A program made the translations under genes and the position numbers. From IMG/VR virus record IMGVR_UViG_3300034280_000588: a DNA stretch of 64,000 nt; one strand, 5' to 3'. The DNA is from an uncultured virus (IMG/VR IMGVR_UViG_3300034280_000588). Lineage: Duplodnaviria; Heunggongvirae; Uroviricota; Caudoviricetes. The notes beneath the pieces are model-generated. The model was given only the letters and a program-made list of their open reading frames with translations, was not told the origin of the DNA and made no database searches. Shown piece after piece: positions 17,320 through 25,746 of this stretch (position 1 is the first letter of the stretch; each line of letters starts with the position of its first letter).

Positions 17320-18090
17320 TTAAGGGTTATAAAATACAGCCCAACCTTTTATTACAAGACTAGCTTGAGCTGCTAAACCTAGACCAGATGGTGTAGAATT
17401 AGTGCCTCCACTAAGATCAACATAACCATTGCTAAGACCATTGTCATCAAGTGTAATTAGAACATGATTTACAGAAGCTTCTGTTAAATTATTACTATTC
17501 AGATCAACATAATCCAAGCCCACACAACCTGTAATGTTTATATGTTGCAATCCTGTATCATCATTATATAACTGTGTCATTGTGGTGATTCCTGTAAAAT
17601 CTAAAGATGTGAATCCCATATTATCACCATCCCATTCATTAATACCTTCTAATTTTTGAAGATTGCTTATTGCTACAGCTGTACCAGGACCAAACCCAAT
17701 TTCAAAATCGTCAATTTGAGAAGGATTGTTTATACATAAATAAACAGTGTGAGGGATTAAACCTTCCAAGTCATATTCAAAGTCATAATTACTTCCATCA
17801 GCAGGAAGAGAAAAACTTTCACTTTCTGTAGATGTCCAATGAACAGATCCTGTTAAATTAGGTCCTCCATTTACAGTTTGTAATGTAAAACCATAAAGTC
17901 CACTTACTTCATCTGCAATAGCTTGTATAGCTATGCAACATGAATACTCTTTAATAGTGTTACAACATAAGTCTGCTGGAACCTCTTTCCATGTAGATGG
18001 TCCACTAGGGAATGATCCACTAGTAAGAATCATACTACCAGGTACAATCTTGCCTTGCTTGCTGTACCTTACAAATGCTCTTTTTTTCAT
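17320..18090 (-). CDS. paralog A: conserved N-terminal module plus LRR-like C-terminus, putative structural protein
   Basis: MKKRAFVRYSKQGKIVPGS..WKEV...CC; C-terminal LxxLxL/LxxN pattern. Confidence 0.7.
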   Translation of the reverse strand: MKKRAFVRYSKQGKIVPGSMILTSGSFPSGPSTWKEVPADLCCNTIKEYSCCIAIQAIADEVSGLYGFTLQTVNGGPNLTGSVHWTSTESESFSLPADGSNYDFEYDLEGLIPHTVYLCINNPSQIDDFEIGFGPGTAVAISNLQKLEGINEWDGDNMGFTSLDFTGITTMTQLYNDDTGLQHINITGCVGLDYVDLNSNNLTEASVNHVLITLDDNGLSNGYVDLSGGTNSTPSGLGLAAQASLVIKGWAVFYNP

Positions 18091-18149
18091 TTTATTTATA
18101 TTTTAAAGGTCAAAATCTAAATGCTCTATTTTTTCCCATTATTTTTTAT

Positions 18150-18599
18150 TTACATATCTCCAACCGAAAAGATAAAATCATTTATATCTTCACAAAGAAG
18201 ATTTCTAATTTGAGGATTTAAATAAAGTGTTAAAATAGAACCAGAAACTTCAAAATAACCCCAAAAAGAAAAATTAGTATTGAAGTAATCGGCAACTTCT
18301 TGATAACTATTTAATGAAGGACCTGTAAAAAAACTCGTAAACTCTTTGCTACCATCTCCTACACATTGTATTTGAATAAACAAGTTAGTACTTGATGGTA
18401 AAACAGACATTGTAAGAGCTAAATTATAACTAAGAGGGAATTCTCTACTAGTGTTAGGATTTATTTCACAACAATAGTTTGTAGATACTTCTTTCCATAA
18501 TGCAGTTTTATCAGGATAGCCACCGTTAGTAGTTACTACTAAACTTCCAGGAACAAGTTGTCCTTTTTTAGTATATCTTACAAATCCTCTTTTTTTCAT
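18150..18599 (-). CDS. paralog B: same N-terminal module, different C-terminus
   Basis: MKKRGFVRYTKKGQLVPGS..WKEV...CC. Confidence 0.7.
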   Translation of the reverse strand: MKKRGFVRYTKKGQLVPGSLVVTTNGGYPDKTALWKEVSTNYCCEINPNTSREFPLSYNLALTMSVLPSSTNLFIQIQCVGDGSKEFTSFFTGPSLNSYQEVADYFNTNFSFWGYFEVSGSILTLYLNPQIRNLLCEDINDFIFSVGDM

Positions 18600-18665
18600 T
18601 TCTAATCTTTTATTAAATGTATTGAAAATCCAAAATGATTTACAAAAGCCTTTTGTTTTGACATC

Positions 18666-18737
18666 TCATTTTTTAGGTTTTGAAGGCTTGGATGGTTTAC
18701 CACATCCACAACCATAAACAGCTGTACTCTTTATCAT
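18666..18737 (-). CDS. candidate micro-peptide (23 aa) with CGCG motif
   Basis: MIKSTAVYGCGCGKPSKPSKPKK, directly downstream of 18751..19380. Confidence 0.4.
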   Translation of the reverse strand: MIKSTAVYGCGCGKPSKPSKPKK

Positions 18738-18750
18738 ATATTTAGATTTT

Positions 18751-19380
18751 TTAATTGTACACTCTTATTTCTAAAGATGCATTTAATAAAGAACTATCTA
18801 CTAAGTTGTCTTGTCTTGTTGCATATAACGGTTTACTAAACTGGTTATTATTATTAAAATAAGTCACTAATACATCTTCTCTACCACTTGTTCCACTTAC
18901 TATAACAATAAATGTTTTATCTGTAGTGAACAATTCAGAAGAATTAACTGAATACTGTCCAACATTATCATAAGTAAACCAAATATTTCCAATAGTATTT
19001 TCTAACACTGTTGCTACTGGGGCTCCTCCATTAAATTCTAGAATTCCAGTGTCCCAATTATTAGGAGTTGTTCCTGTAGCAACAAAATATGTTCCCACAT
19101 TATTATTTGGTGCTCCTACATTTGTAAAATCAGCTATAGCACTATTGTTATTATAAATAAAATAAGTAACTCCTATTGTTAAATCTCCACCAGAAATACT
19201 ACCTAGACTATTTCCACCATTCTGTGTTAATAAAGCTGTATATACTTTATATGTAGATGACGAATTATTATTAATCTGGTCTACCAGCTGATTTACATGT
19301 GCTATACGAGCTAATGCGTTATCTCCCACTGTTTTACTTAAGTAGGGATCAGGACTTTTGGGTTTAATTTTTTTTATCAT
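18751..19380 (-). CDS. putative virion or tail-associated protein
   Basis: Beta-rich G/N/T composition; YKVYTALLTQ, DFTNVGAP and VLENTIG segments. Confidence 0.55.
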   Translation of the reverse strand: MIKKIKPKSPDPYLSKTVGDNALARIAHVNQLVDQINNNSSSTYKVYTALLTQNGGNSLGSISGGDLTIGVTYFIYNNNSAIADFTNVGAPNNNVGTYFVATGTTPNNWDTGILEFNGGAPVATVLENTIGNIWFTYDNVGQYSVNSSELFTTDKTFIVIVSGTSGREDVLVTYFNNNNQFSKPLYATRQDNLVDSSLLNASLEIRVYN

Positions 19381-19799
19381 ATTTTTGCAAGTTGAAAGTG
19401 CATACCATCTCTACGTCTCCATGTACCACCCCATTCAAATCCTGCGTCTGTAAAACACTTTACAAACCCAGGGGAAAGTCTTGGTCTACAACCAAAGCAG
19501 TTCCATGCTGCATTTACATCAACAGCTATACCCCAGCTGTGGAGACTCATTGTAAGACCAAATCTCTTCCTGCGAATGTTAAAACAACCATCCCATGTCT
19601 TCAGCTCTTTTACAAAACCTCTTGTAATAAGATTTTGTAATGCTGCACTGAGAGGTTTAATTAAGTCTTTATTACAGAATATTCTTTTAGGAATGACTCC
19701 CACTTCTAAATTAGCAGGGACATCCCATGTAGTCATCCACCTATTCTTAAGTGAAGGAGCACCGTATTTCTTATATGCTTGCTTACTGGTTACCATCAT
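19377..19799 (-). CDS. endolysin, M15-family peptidase
   Basis: SLHSWGIAVD (SxHxxGxAxD) and WGGTW..DGMHFQ. Confidence 0.9.
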   Translation of the reverse strand: MMVTSKQAYKKYGAPSLKNRWMTTWDVPANLEVGVIPKRIFCNKDLIKPLSAALQNLITRGFVKELKTWDGCFNIRRKRFGLTMSLHSWGIAVDVNAAWNCFGCRPRLSPGFVKCFTDAGFEWGGTWRRRDGMHFQLAKI

Positions 19800-20218
19800 T
19801 TCGTTATTATAATCGTAACCAGTGCTATCAAACCCCCGGTTAAGAGAATATCTGTAAATTTTTTCTTTGTCTTATATTTCTTAAAGTCTTTAGAAAGGGT
19901 GGTGTAGTCTTTATTACATTCTGCTAAAAGAGAACTAAGAGCCTCTTTAGCAACCTTATCATTACCAATCTGTTCTAAATAATAAGATTCTTTTAACTGT
20001 TGTTTAGAAATGATGCTGTCTTTTACAGTGATCATCTTCATGTTTTCATTCACCTCAGATATTGCTAAACTGAGCATAGCATATGCAGAGTCTCCAGCAA
20101 TGAGGTCTTCTGTAATTTGTTTTGCCACCTCTCCAGGTATGCATACAGACGGAGAAGGCTTTTGAGAAAAGCCTACTAATGAAAAACAGGTGAATATGGT
20201 GATTAAAATAAGTTTCAT
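19796..20218 (-). CDS. spanin-like protein (signal peptide, coiled coil, C-terminal TM)
   Basis: N-terminal hydrophobic signal, C-terminal ILLTGGLIALVTIII; next to the endolysin. Confidence 0.5.
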   Translation of the reverse strand: MKLILITIFTCFSLVGFSQKPSPSVCIPGEVAKQITEDLIAGDSAYAMLSLAISEVNENMKMITVKDSIISKQQLKESYYLEQIGNDKVAKEALSSLLAECNKDYTTLSKDFKKYKTKKKFTDILLTGGLIALVTIIITK

Positions 20219-20220
20219 AA

Positions 20221-20601
20221 TTAGTAATTGTATCTATTTTTTAAGAAGCTATCTGCTTGATCTACAGAAAATCTTTTAGAAGCATCAATTTTATCATTGT
20301 AATATTCTCTTACAATAACCTTTGTCTTCTTTATATCTTTAATCTTCAGATCAATATCATTAATCCTGTTATTATACTCTTGTGTAACACTATCTAATGT
20401 ATTCTGTTTCTTTACAAGCTCTTGATTCACCAGATTAAGACTATCAATTCTTTGCTTAATCACTTCATTATCAACACGTTTCTCTCTTTTAGTGAAAATA
20501 AACAGAAGTAGATATATAACAAGCAACACCCCAGCAACCACGCCTAATATGGTGAGCAGATTGCTTTTAGGTTTAGGAAAGTAAATATTTGGTGTTTCCA
20601 T
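20221..20601 (-). CDS. i-spanin-like protein (N-terminal TM plus coiled coil)
   Basis: LLTILGVVAGVLLVIYLLLFIF followed by a long heptad helix. Confidence 0.55.
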   Translation of the reverse strand: METPNIYFPKPKSNLLTILGVVAGVLLVIYLLLFIFTKREKRVDNEVIKQRIDSLNLVNQELVKKQNTLDSVTQEYNNRINDIDLKIKDIKKTKVIVREYYNDKIDASKRFSVDQADSFLKNRYNY

Positions 20602-20604
20602 AAA

Positions 20605-20787
20605 TTATGAATGAACTGCTTTTACAACATCTCCTGTTCTATAGACATCTCCATTTTTTAAACCACCTGCTTTTGCTGCTGCATTATTTGCATATTCAGG
20701 AAGATTATTAAATTTTCCAAGAAGTCTTTTTACTTTATTTGTAAGCCAGTCAAGCCTACCAAATATATCTGAAGAAATAGGGTTCAT
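20605..20787 (-). CDS. hypothetical protein
   Basis: 60 aa with YANNAAAKAGGLKNGDVYRTG; tightly packed. Confidence 0.7.
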   Translation of the reverse strand: MNPISSDIFGRLDWLTNKVKRLLGKFNNLPEYANNAAAKAGGLKNGDVYRTGDVVKAVHS

Positions 20788-20788
20788 A

Positions 20789-21091
20789 TTAACTTATTTT
20801 AGGGACATATTTCTTTACATCATATATATCCTCATGTTTAAAGTATAGTTTATCCATATCTGGATTAACATAAGTGATTTTTCTAGGAGCAGAAGGCCCA
20901 TAAAGCATCCTTTCTAGGTTTTCTATCTTGGTTTTGTCTATACTAGACTGAGATAATAGTGCCTTTACATCTGACCTAAGCTCAGATACATCTCGCCATA
21001 TCATCATGGCAAGTATGGTTACAAGGGTTGGAAACAAATACGCCTTAATAGACGTAAGAATGGCAGAGTTTTTTTCGAATTCTCTTGTCAT
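20789..21091 (-). CDS. single-TM protein, holin/antiholin candidate
   Basis: YLFPTLVTILAMMIW followed by a coiled coil; first gene of the lysis block. Confidence 0.5.
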   Translation of the reverse strand: MTREFEKNSAILTSIKAYLFPTLVTILAMMIWRDVSELRSDVKALLSQSSIDKTKIENLERMLYGPSAPRKITYVNPDMDKLYFKHEDIYDVKKYVPKIS

Positions 21092-21138
21092 TTCAAAACC
21101 AATTTTATACCTTTACAAACATTTTTTTCAACAAAAGA

Positions 21139-21256
21139 CTGCTTAACCGAGCTAAAGTCCTGATTTACAATGAGTTATATTGCAGCATCAAGAATAAATG
21201 CAGGTTAATTAGAACTTCTTAACCCAGGACTTGTAAGAGTATAGCTCGGTTAGCAG
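21139..21256 (-). ncRNA. structured RNA with long basal stem and four-way junction
   Basis: 15-bp stem (21139-21154 / 21242-21256, one bulged base), 8-bp stem (21155-21162 / 21225-21232) and three inner hairpins. Confidence 0.65.
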
Positions 21257-21327
21257 GTTCTATTCTACAATATAATATACTAAATTTTTGACAAACCTCC
21301 ATCTATAATCCTTAAATTTTATCAATT

Positions 21328-21732
21328 ATGACCCTCAATCAAGAAGAAGTGTTGGCAGTTGAAGACTTTAAACGGGACTTCAGTGCAAAATTTGGGTATG
21401 TCCCACTAATAACTATAGAAAAAACACCAGAAAAAGTAATGCCTTTAAGTGAGCTTGAAGAATTTTTTAAGCCTTTTATTGCCAGAAAGTATGATAAAAA
21501 GATCACACTAAGCTCCAATCTTAGAGATAGAGAGCTTGTTGAGTATAAGATTATTTATTCCATGATGGCAAAAGAACTAGGATACACCCTCACAGCAATA
21601 GCAAAACATCTTAAAAAAGATCACACAACAATCGTTCATTATAATAAGACTTTTAGAAATCTTATGGCAACATCAGACTTATTTAATGAAAAGTATAACG
21701 AAGTGGTTGTTTATATAAAATCATCTAAATGA
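21328..21732 (+). CDS. DnaA domain IV-like HTH protein
   Basis: TLTAIAKHLKKDHTTIVHY resembles the DnaA C-terminal DHTTV signature. Confidence 0.8.
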   Translation: MTLNQEEVLAVEDFKRDFSAKFGYVPLITIEKTPEKVMPLSELEEFFKPFIARKYDKKITLSSNLRDRELVEYKIIYSMMAKELGYTLTAIAKHLKKDHTTIVHYNKTFRNLMATSDLFNEKYNEVVVYIKSSK

Positions 21733-22310
21733 TGGAAAGCTTAAAAGTATGGAACGTTGCAGTGAAATATAATATGAGTCCAAATCAGTTATATTTTCTT
21801 GATTGCTGCAGATATAAAATTAAACCCTCCAAATTAATTAATGAGGAGGCTGAAAAGATGATATGTATACAAAAAGGCTTTATTGACCTTGATTGCCATC
21901 TTTCTATTACAGCAACTCAAATGTTGGCTGAATATGACACCTTCCTTGATAAAACAAAGAAGAAGGTGGCTAAAGAAGTGCTTGGAGAAAACTTTATGGA
22001 AAAGGTAAACACCTATAGACAACTCTTTCCAAAAATAAGATTTCCTTCTGGTTCACTAGCCAGACAATCAACCAATGAACTAAAGGACAAGTTTATATGG
22101 TTCTTTAAAACATTCCCAGAATATGATTGGGAATTAGTGTTTGACGCAACAGACTATTATTTATATTTAAAAAAACAAGTTGATTACCAATATGCCGTAA
22201 CAAGTAGCTATTTTATAAAAAAGACAGAAACATTAACTAAAGAAACAAAATCCATTCTTGCTGATTATTGTCAGCAACTATTGGATGATCCCAATTTATT
22301 ATCTTCTTAA
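21729..22310 (+). CDS. hypothetical protein, possible replication initiator or helicase loader
   Basis: 193 aa, between the DnaA-IV-like gene and DnaB. Confidence 0.55.
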   Translation: MMESLKVWNVAVKYNMSPNQLYFLDCCRYKIKPSKLINEEAEKMICIQKGFIDLDCHLSITATQMLAEYDTFLDKTKKKVAKEVLGENFMEKVNTYRQLFPKIRFPSGSLARQSTNELKDKFIWFFKTFPEYDWELVFDATDYYLYLKKQVDYQYAVTSSYFIKKTETLTKETKSILADYCQQLLDDPNLLSS

Positions 22311-22317
22311 AAAGTTT

Positions 22318-22506
22318 ATGGAAAAAAAGATTCACATGTTACTGATTTCCATATTGTTATCAGTTACAGCTTGGCTATTCATTGATTCATTTATAGTGAG
22401 TGTTGGTTTTTTTAGATATTTAATTATTGAACTCTTCTTACTAGGAATGAACAAACTAAGTATTTACATTTTTAAAAAATATCAACTTTATGACAAAGAT
22501 GAATGA
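22318..22506 (+). CDS. small membrane protein
   Basis: MEKKIHMLLISILLSVTAWLFID...; start moved to 22318. Confidence 0.55.
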   Translation: MEKKIHMLLISILLSVTAWLFIDSFIVSVGFFRYLIIELFLLGMNKLSIYIFKKYQLYDKDE

Positions 22507-22696
22507 AGAACACATCAAAATACTATACGATGTGTTTACAGTGTCTAGCACTTCAACACAAGATTTCCGTTGTTTAAATTATGAAATGTTTGAACTGCTG
22601 GCTAACAAAATTTATGAAATTGGATATTTACAAGGAAATTTAGAAGGACTGGGTAGATCTAAAGAAATTCTTGAAGAGCTTATTGATAAAAAATAA
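22490..22696 (+). CDS. hypothetical protein
   Basis: 68-aa ORF in operon. Confidence 0.6.
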   Translation: MTKMNEEHIKILYDVFTVSSTSTQDFRCLNYEMFELLANKIYEIGYLQGNLEGLGRSKEILEELIDKK

Positions 22697-22699
22697 TAA

Positions 22700-23749
22700 A
22701 TGTCTATAGGAATTAAACATCTTTTTGGAGGTAAATTGTATTCTGAAATACTTTCAGAAGGCTTAGTGTATATAGAAGACAGGATGAGAGGTAGAGTTAA
22801 GTCTTTTAAAACTCCTTGGGTGGGGTTGAACAAGGCTGGCGTAGGAGGATTGGAATGGGGTTCAATGATAACCATAGGTGCAAGACCTGGGTCAGGTAAG
22901 ACATTGATTGTCAGCCAAATACTCAGGGAATGCAGAACACTCAATCCTTTACAACACTTTAACATCCTTGAATTTCAGTTTGAGATGGGTGCAAAGCAGG
23001 TTTCAGCTAGAGATTTTGTAGCTAAAACTGCACTTGATTATAACACTGTTTTAAGTACGGATGGACAGCTTGATGATTATCATTTTCAAATGATGAAGCA
23101 ATATCAAGAAGACTGTAAAAATCTTGAACAAAGAGGTGTTCTAAGAGTGCAAGTAAATAATGCTCTCACCCATCAAGAGATAAGAGAAACAATTATTCAT
23201 TATTACAAGGAGCTTGGTGGTAAGCCTCTGGTTGTCACTGTGGACCATAGCTGGCTCATCAAGAAGGGAAAAGATGAAAAAGAAAAAATAAGCACTCTAT
23301 ACAATGCTGTAGAAATGTTTATGCAGCTTAAAAATCAGCTCCCCATCATTGTGATTATGATTACACAGCTTAACAGAACTATTGAAGAACCTTCTAGAAG
23401 AGTGCAAGGCTCTATAGCAAACTATCCCACCAGCTCAGATATATTTGGTGGTGATGCTTTGATGCAAGGTTCTGACATGGTTGTGGTTTTAAGCAGACCT
23501 TCTATATTAAATATAGGAGTGTATGGTCCAAGTGGCTATCTTGTAAAGTCAGATGATATCTTTATGCACCTGATCAAGGTGAGAAATGGTGCAGACGATG
23601 TAAACATTCTTTACATGAAAGCTGAGTTTAAAAACCAAAGAATGATAGAAGTTTCTGAACCCACTGCCTCTAATCCTGGAGGTATGGGATTCACCAGAAG
23701 ATCACAACGAACCACTACATCTACAGACATAGATGTTAGTGATATTTAA
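22700..23749 (+). CDS. dnaB: DnaB-like (SF4) replicative helicase
   Basis: GARPGSGKT, FEM, VDH, TQLNR and KVRNG. Confidence 0.9.
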   Translation: MSIGIKHLFGGKLYSEILSEGLVYIEDRMRGRVKSFKTPWVGLNKAGVGGLEWGSMITIGARPGSGKTLIVSQILRECRTLNPLQHFNILEFQFEMGAKQVSARDFVAKTALDYNTVLSTDGQLDDYHFQMMKQYQEDCKNLEQRGVLRVQVNNALTHQEIRETIIHYYKELGGKPLVVTVDHSWLIKKGKDEKEKISTLYNAVEMFMQLKNQLPIIVIMITQLNRTIEEPSRRVQGSIANYPTSSDIFGGDALMQGSDMVVVLSRPSILNIGVYGPSGYLVKSDDIFMHLIKVRNGADDVNILYMKAEFKNQRMIEVSEPTASNPGGMGFTRRSQRTTTSTDIDVSDI

Positions 23750-23766
23750 AAACTAAAAATTGTGTT

Positions 23767-24357
23767 ATGAGTAGTCAAACCGCTGAACAAAAAAGAAAAG
23801 AAGAAAAACTAGAAGCTATTAGAAGCTACCATGCGCCTTTAATTAAAGATTTGGGAATTGATAAGAAAAACTTTCAAATGAAGTCTCCCAAAGTTGTTAA
23901 TGGTGTAAGGTGTGTACAGCTTTACGATAGTGAATTTCTTAAAAAAGATGGATTTTACTTTGAATTAATACACGGAGGTTTGGAGCCAATAGATCCAAAT
24001 AGAACTGTATACAGAATTCAATATAACCCCAACTTTAGAGAGGAATATGATGAGTTTAAGATTGTAAAATATGATGAGGTTAAAAAAGAGGAAAAGATTT
24101 TAATTGTATACAACGTACCTTTAGAAGAAGCAATTATTGTAGATCCTTATTCTGCAGCAATAAGCAAGGGGTCCTCTATTGTTATAGATGACAAAGAAAA
24201 AAGTTTGAAAGAGTATGGGAATTTTAAAAATAATCCTGTATCTTTGGAAGACCAGCCCTTCAGTGAAATGACCATCAGAGATTACATGGCTATCCACACA
24301 GGCAAGCCCGTGAGTTTAAAAGGTTGGCTCAACGCCTTAATAAAAAACACACTATAA
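23767..24357 (+). CDS. hypothetical protein
   Basis: 196 aa with C-terminal MTIRDYMAI. Confidence 0.7.
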   Translation: MSSQTAEQKRKEEKLEAIRSYHAPLIKDLGIDKKNFQMKSPKVVNGVRCVQLYDSEFLKKDGFYFELIHGGLEPIDPNRTVYRIQYNPNFREEYDEFKIVKYDEVKKEEKILIVYNVPLEEAIIVDPYSAAISKGSSIVIDDKEKSLKEYGNFKNNPVSLEDQPFSEMTIRDYMAIHTGKPVSLKGWLNALIKNTL

Positions 24358-25041
24358 ATGGCTCACAGCATTCTTGTAATTGCAGAATCAGGTTGTGGAA
24401 AATCAACCTCTATAGAAAATTTGGACCCAAAAGAAACATTCATCATCAATGTAGCCAACAAACCCTTGCCTTTCAAAGGATGGAAGAAGAAGTATTCCAT
24501 TTGGAGCAAGGATAATGTTGGAGGCAATATGTATGATAAGTCTAGCGTTTCCAACATTGAAGCTTGTATTAAGTATGTAAATGACAAGCGTCCTGAAATT
24601 AAAAATCTCATTGTTGATGACTTTCAATACATGAGTTCATTTGAGTTCTTTGACAGGTCAGATGAGAAAGGCTATGAAAAATTCACTCAGATTGGTGCAG
24701 GACTTGCAAGGATAGCAAGAATGCCCAAAGACATGAGAGAAGACCTCATGGTATTTTTTCTTACGCATGCTGAAGAAGGCTCAGATATGGAAGGAAAGAA
24801 GAGATATAAGGCCAAGACAATTGGTAGAATGGTAGATGAAAAACTTACATTGGAAGGTTTGTTTTCTATTGTGCTGTTTGGAAAAGTGAAGAAAGACAAA
24901 GATGGCAACATCCGTTATGTGTTTGAAACACAAAACAATGGTGAGAATACTTGTAAGTCTCCTAAAGGGATGTTTCCAACATTTGAAATTGTAAATGACC
25001 TTGCTTATGTAAGAGAGTCTATTTTGAATTACGAATCATAA
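24358..25041 (+). CDS. AAA_24/Sak4-like P-loop ATPase
   Basis: ESGCGKSTS, IVDDFQY, LTHAE and CKSPKGMF. Confidence 0.85.
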   Translation: MAHSILVIAESGCGKSTSIENLDPKETFIINVANKPLPFKGWKKKYSIWSKDNVGGNMYDKSSVSNIEACIKYVNDKRPEIKNLIVDDFQYMSSFEFFDRSDEKGYEKFTQIGAGLARIARMPKDMREDLMVFFLTHAEEGSDMEGKKRYKAKTIGRMVDEKLTLEGLFSIVLFGKVKKDKDGNIRYVFETQNNGENTCKSPKGMFPTFEIVNDLAYVRESILNYES

Positions 25042-25067
25042 TCTATTAAAATTTAAATCTTAACAAC

Positions 25068-25676
25068 ATGTTTAACACAAAAGGACAAGAAATTAAAACT
25101 GGTGGAGGAACACAAAAAAGTTTACAACCAGGTGTAGTGTATGCACACATTTATGATGCACAAGTTAGAACTGCTAAGAGTGGCAAAAAAGCTCTTGAGC
25201 TTACATTGGAAGGCCCTGCAATGGAAAACTTTGAAGGCTGGGCTGTAGATAGAAACAACATTGAGGGTGAGAAGTTTAAAGGTCAGTCTGCCAAAGTTAT
25301 GGCAACTATTTATACAGATGACTTTAACTCCCAAAGTCCTGCTAAAAATGACATTCTTTATAAACTTTTGTTTATTGCCTCTGAGCTTGGTCTTAGAGAT
25401 GATCTAGATGGTATCACAAGCAACACCATTGAAGAGTGGGTTAAAGAAGCAATTAACATTCTTAAGAATAAGAATCTTTATTTCTTCTTGAAAGGCACTG
25501 AGGAAGAATATAATGGCAAAACCATTATTAAACTGTCCCTGCCTAAGTTTAAGTTTGCCTCTTCTGAAAAGGATGGCTTGGATGCATTTGATAAGAACAA
25601 TCAATATCATTATAAAGCTCTTCAAAATAAACCCATCTCTGGTTTTGAACCAGCAGCAGATGACTTTGAAATGTAA
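25068..25676 (+). CDS. putative ssDNA-binding protein
   Basis: Follows the Sak4-like ATPase; acidic/aromatic tail AADDFEM. Confidence 0.55.
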   Translation: MFNTKGQEIKTGGGTQKSLQPGVVYAHIYDAQVRTAKSGKKALELTLEGPAMENFEGWAVDRNNIEGEKFKGQSAKVMATIYTDDFNSQSPAKNDILYKLLFIASELGLRDDLDGITSNTIEEWVKEAINILKNKNLYFFLKGTEEEYNGKTIIKLSLPKFKFASSEKDGLDAFDKNNQYHYKALQNKPISGFEPAADDFEM

Positions 25677-25701
25677 GGGTTAGTGTTTTATCATTTTTTA
25701 T

Positions 25702-25729
25702 GGGGAGTGTTTCTACACTCCCCTTTTTT
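25702..25729 (+). terminator. intrinsic terminator
   Basis: GGGGAGTGT-TTCT-ACACTCCCC followed by TTTTTT. Confidence 0.85.
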
Positions 25730-25733
25730 ATTC

Positions 25734-25741
25734 TAAATTTG
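25734..25741 (+). promoter_or_regulatory. Bacteroidota -7 element
   Basis: TAAATTTG between the terminator and the primase ATG. Confidence 0.4.
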
Positions 25742-25746
25742 TGTCC

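Noticed and set aside
12161..18599. Diversity-generating retroelement acting on the repeat or paralog genes
   Set aside because: No reverse transcriptase and no near-identical repeat pair differing only at adenines were seen.
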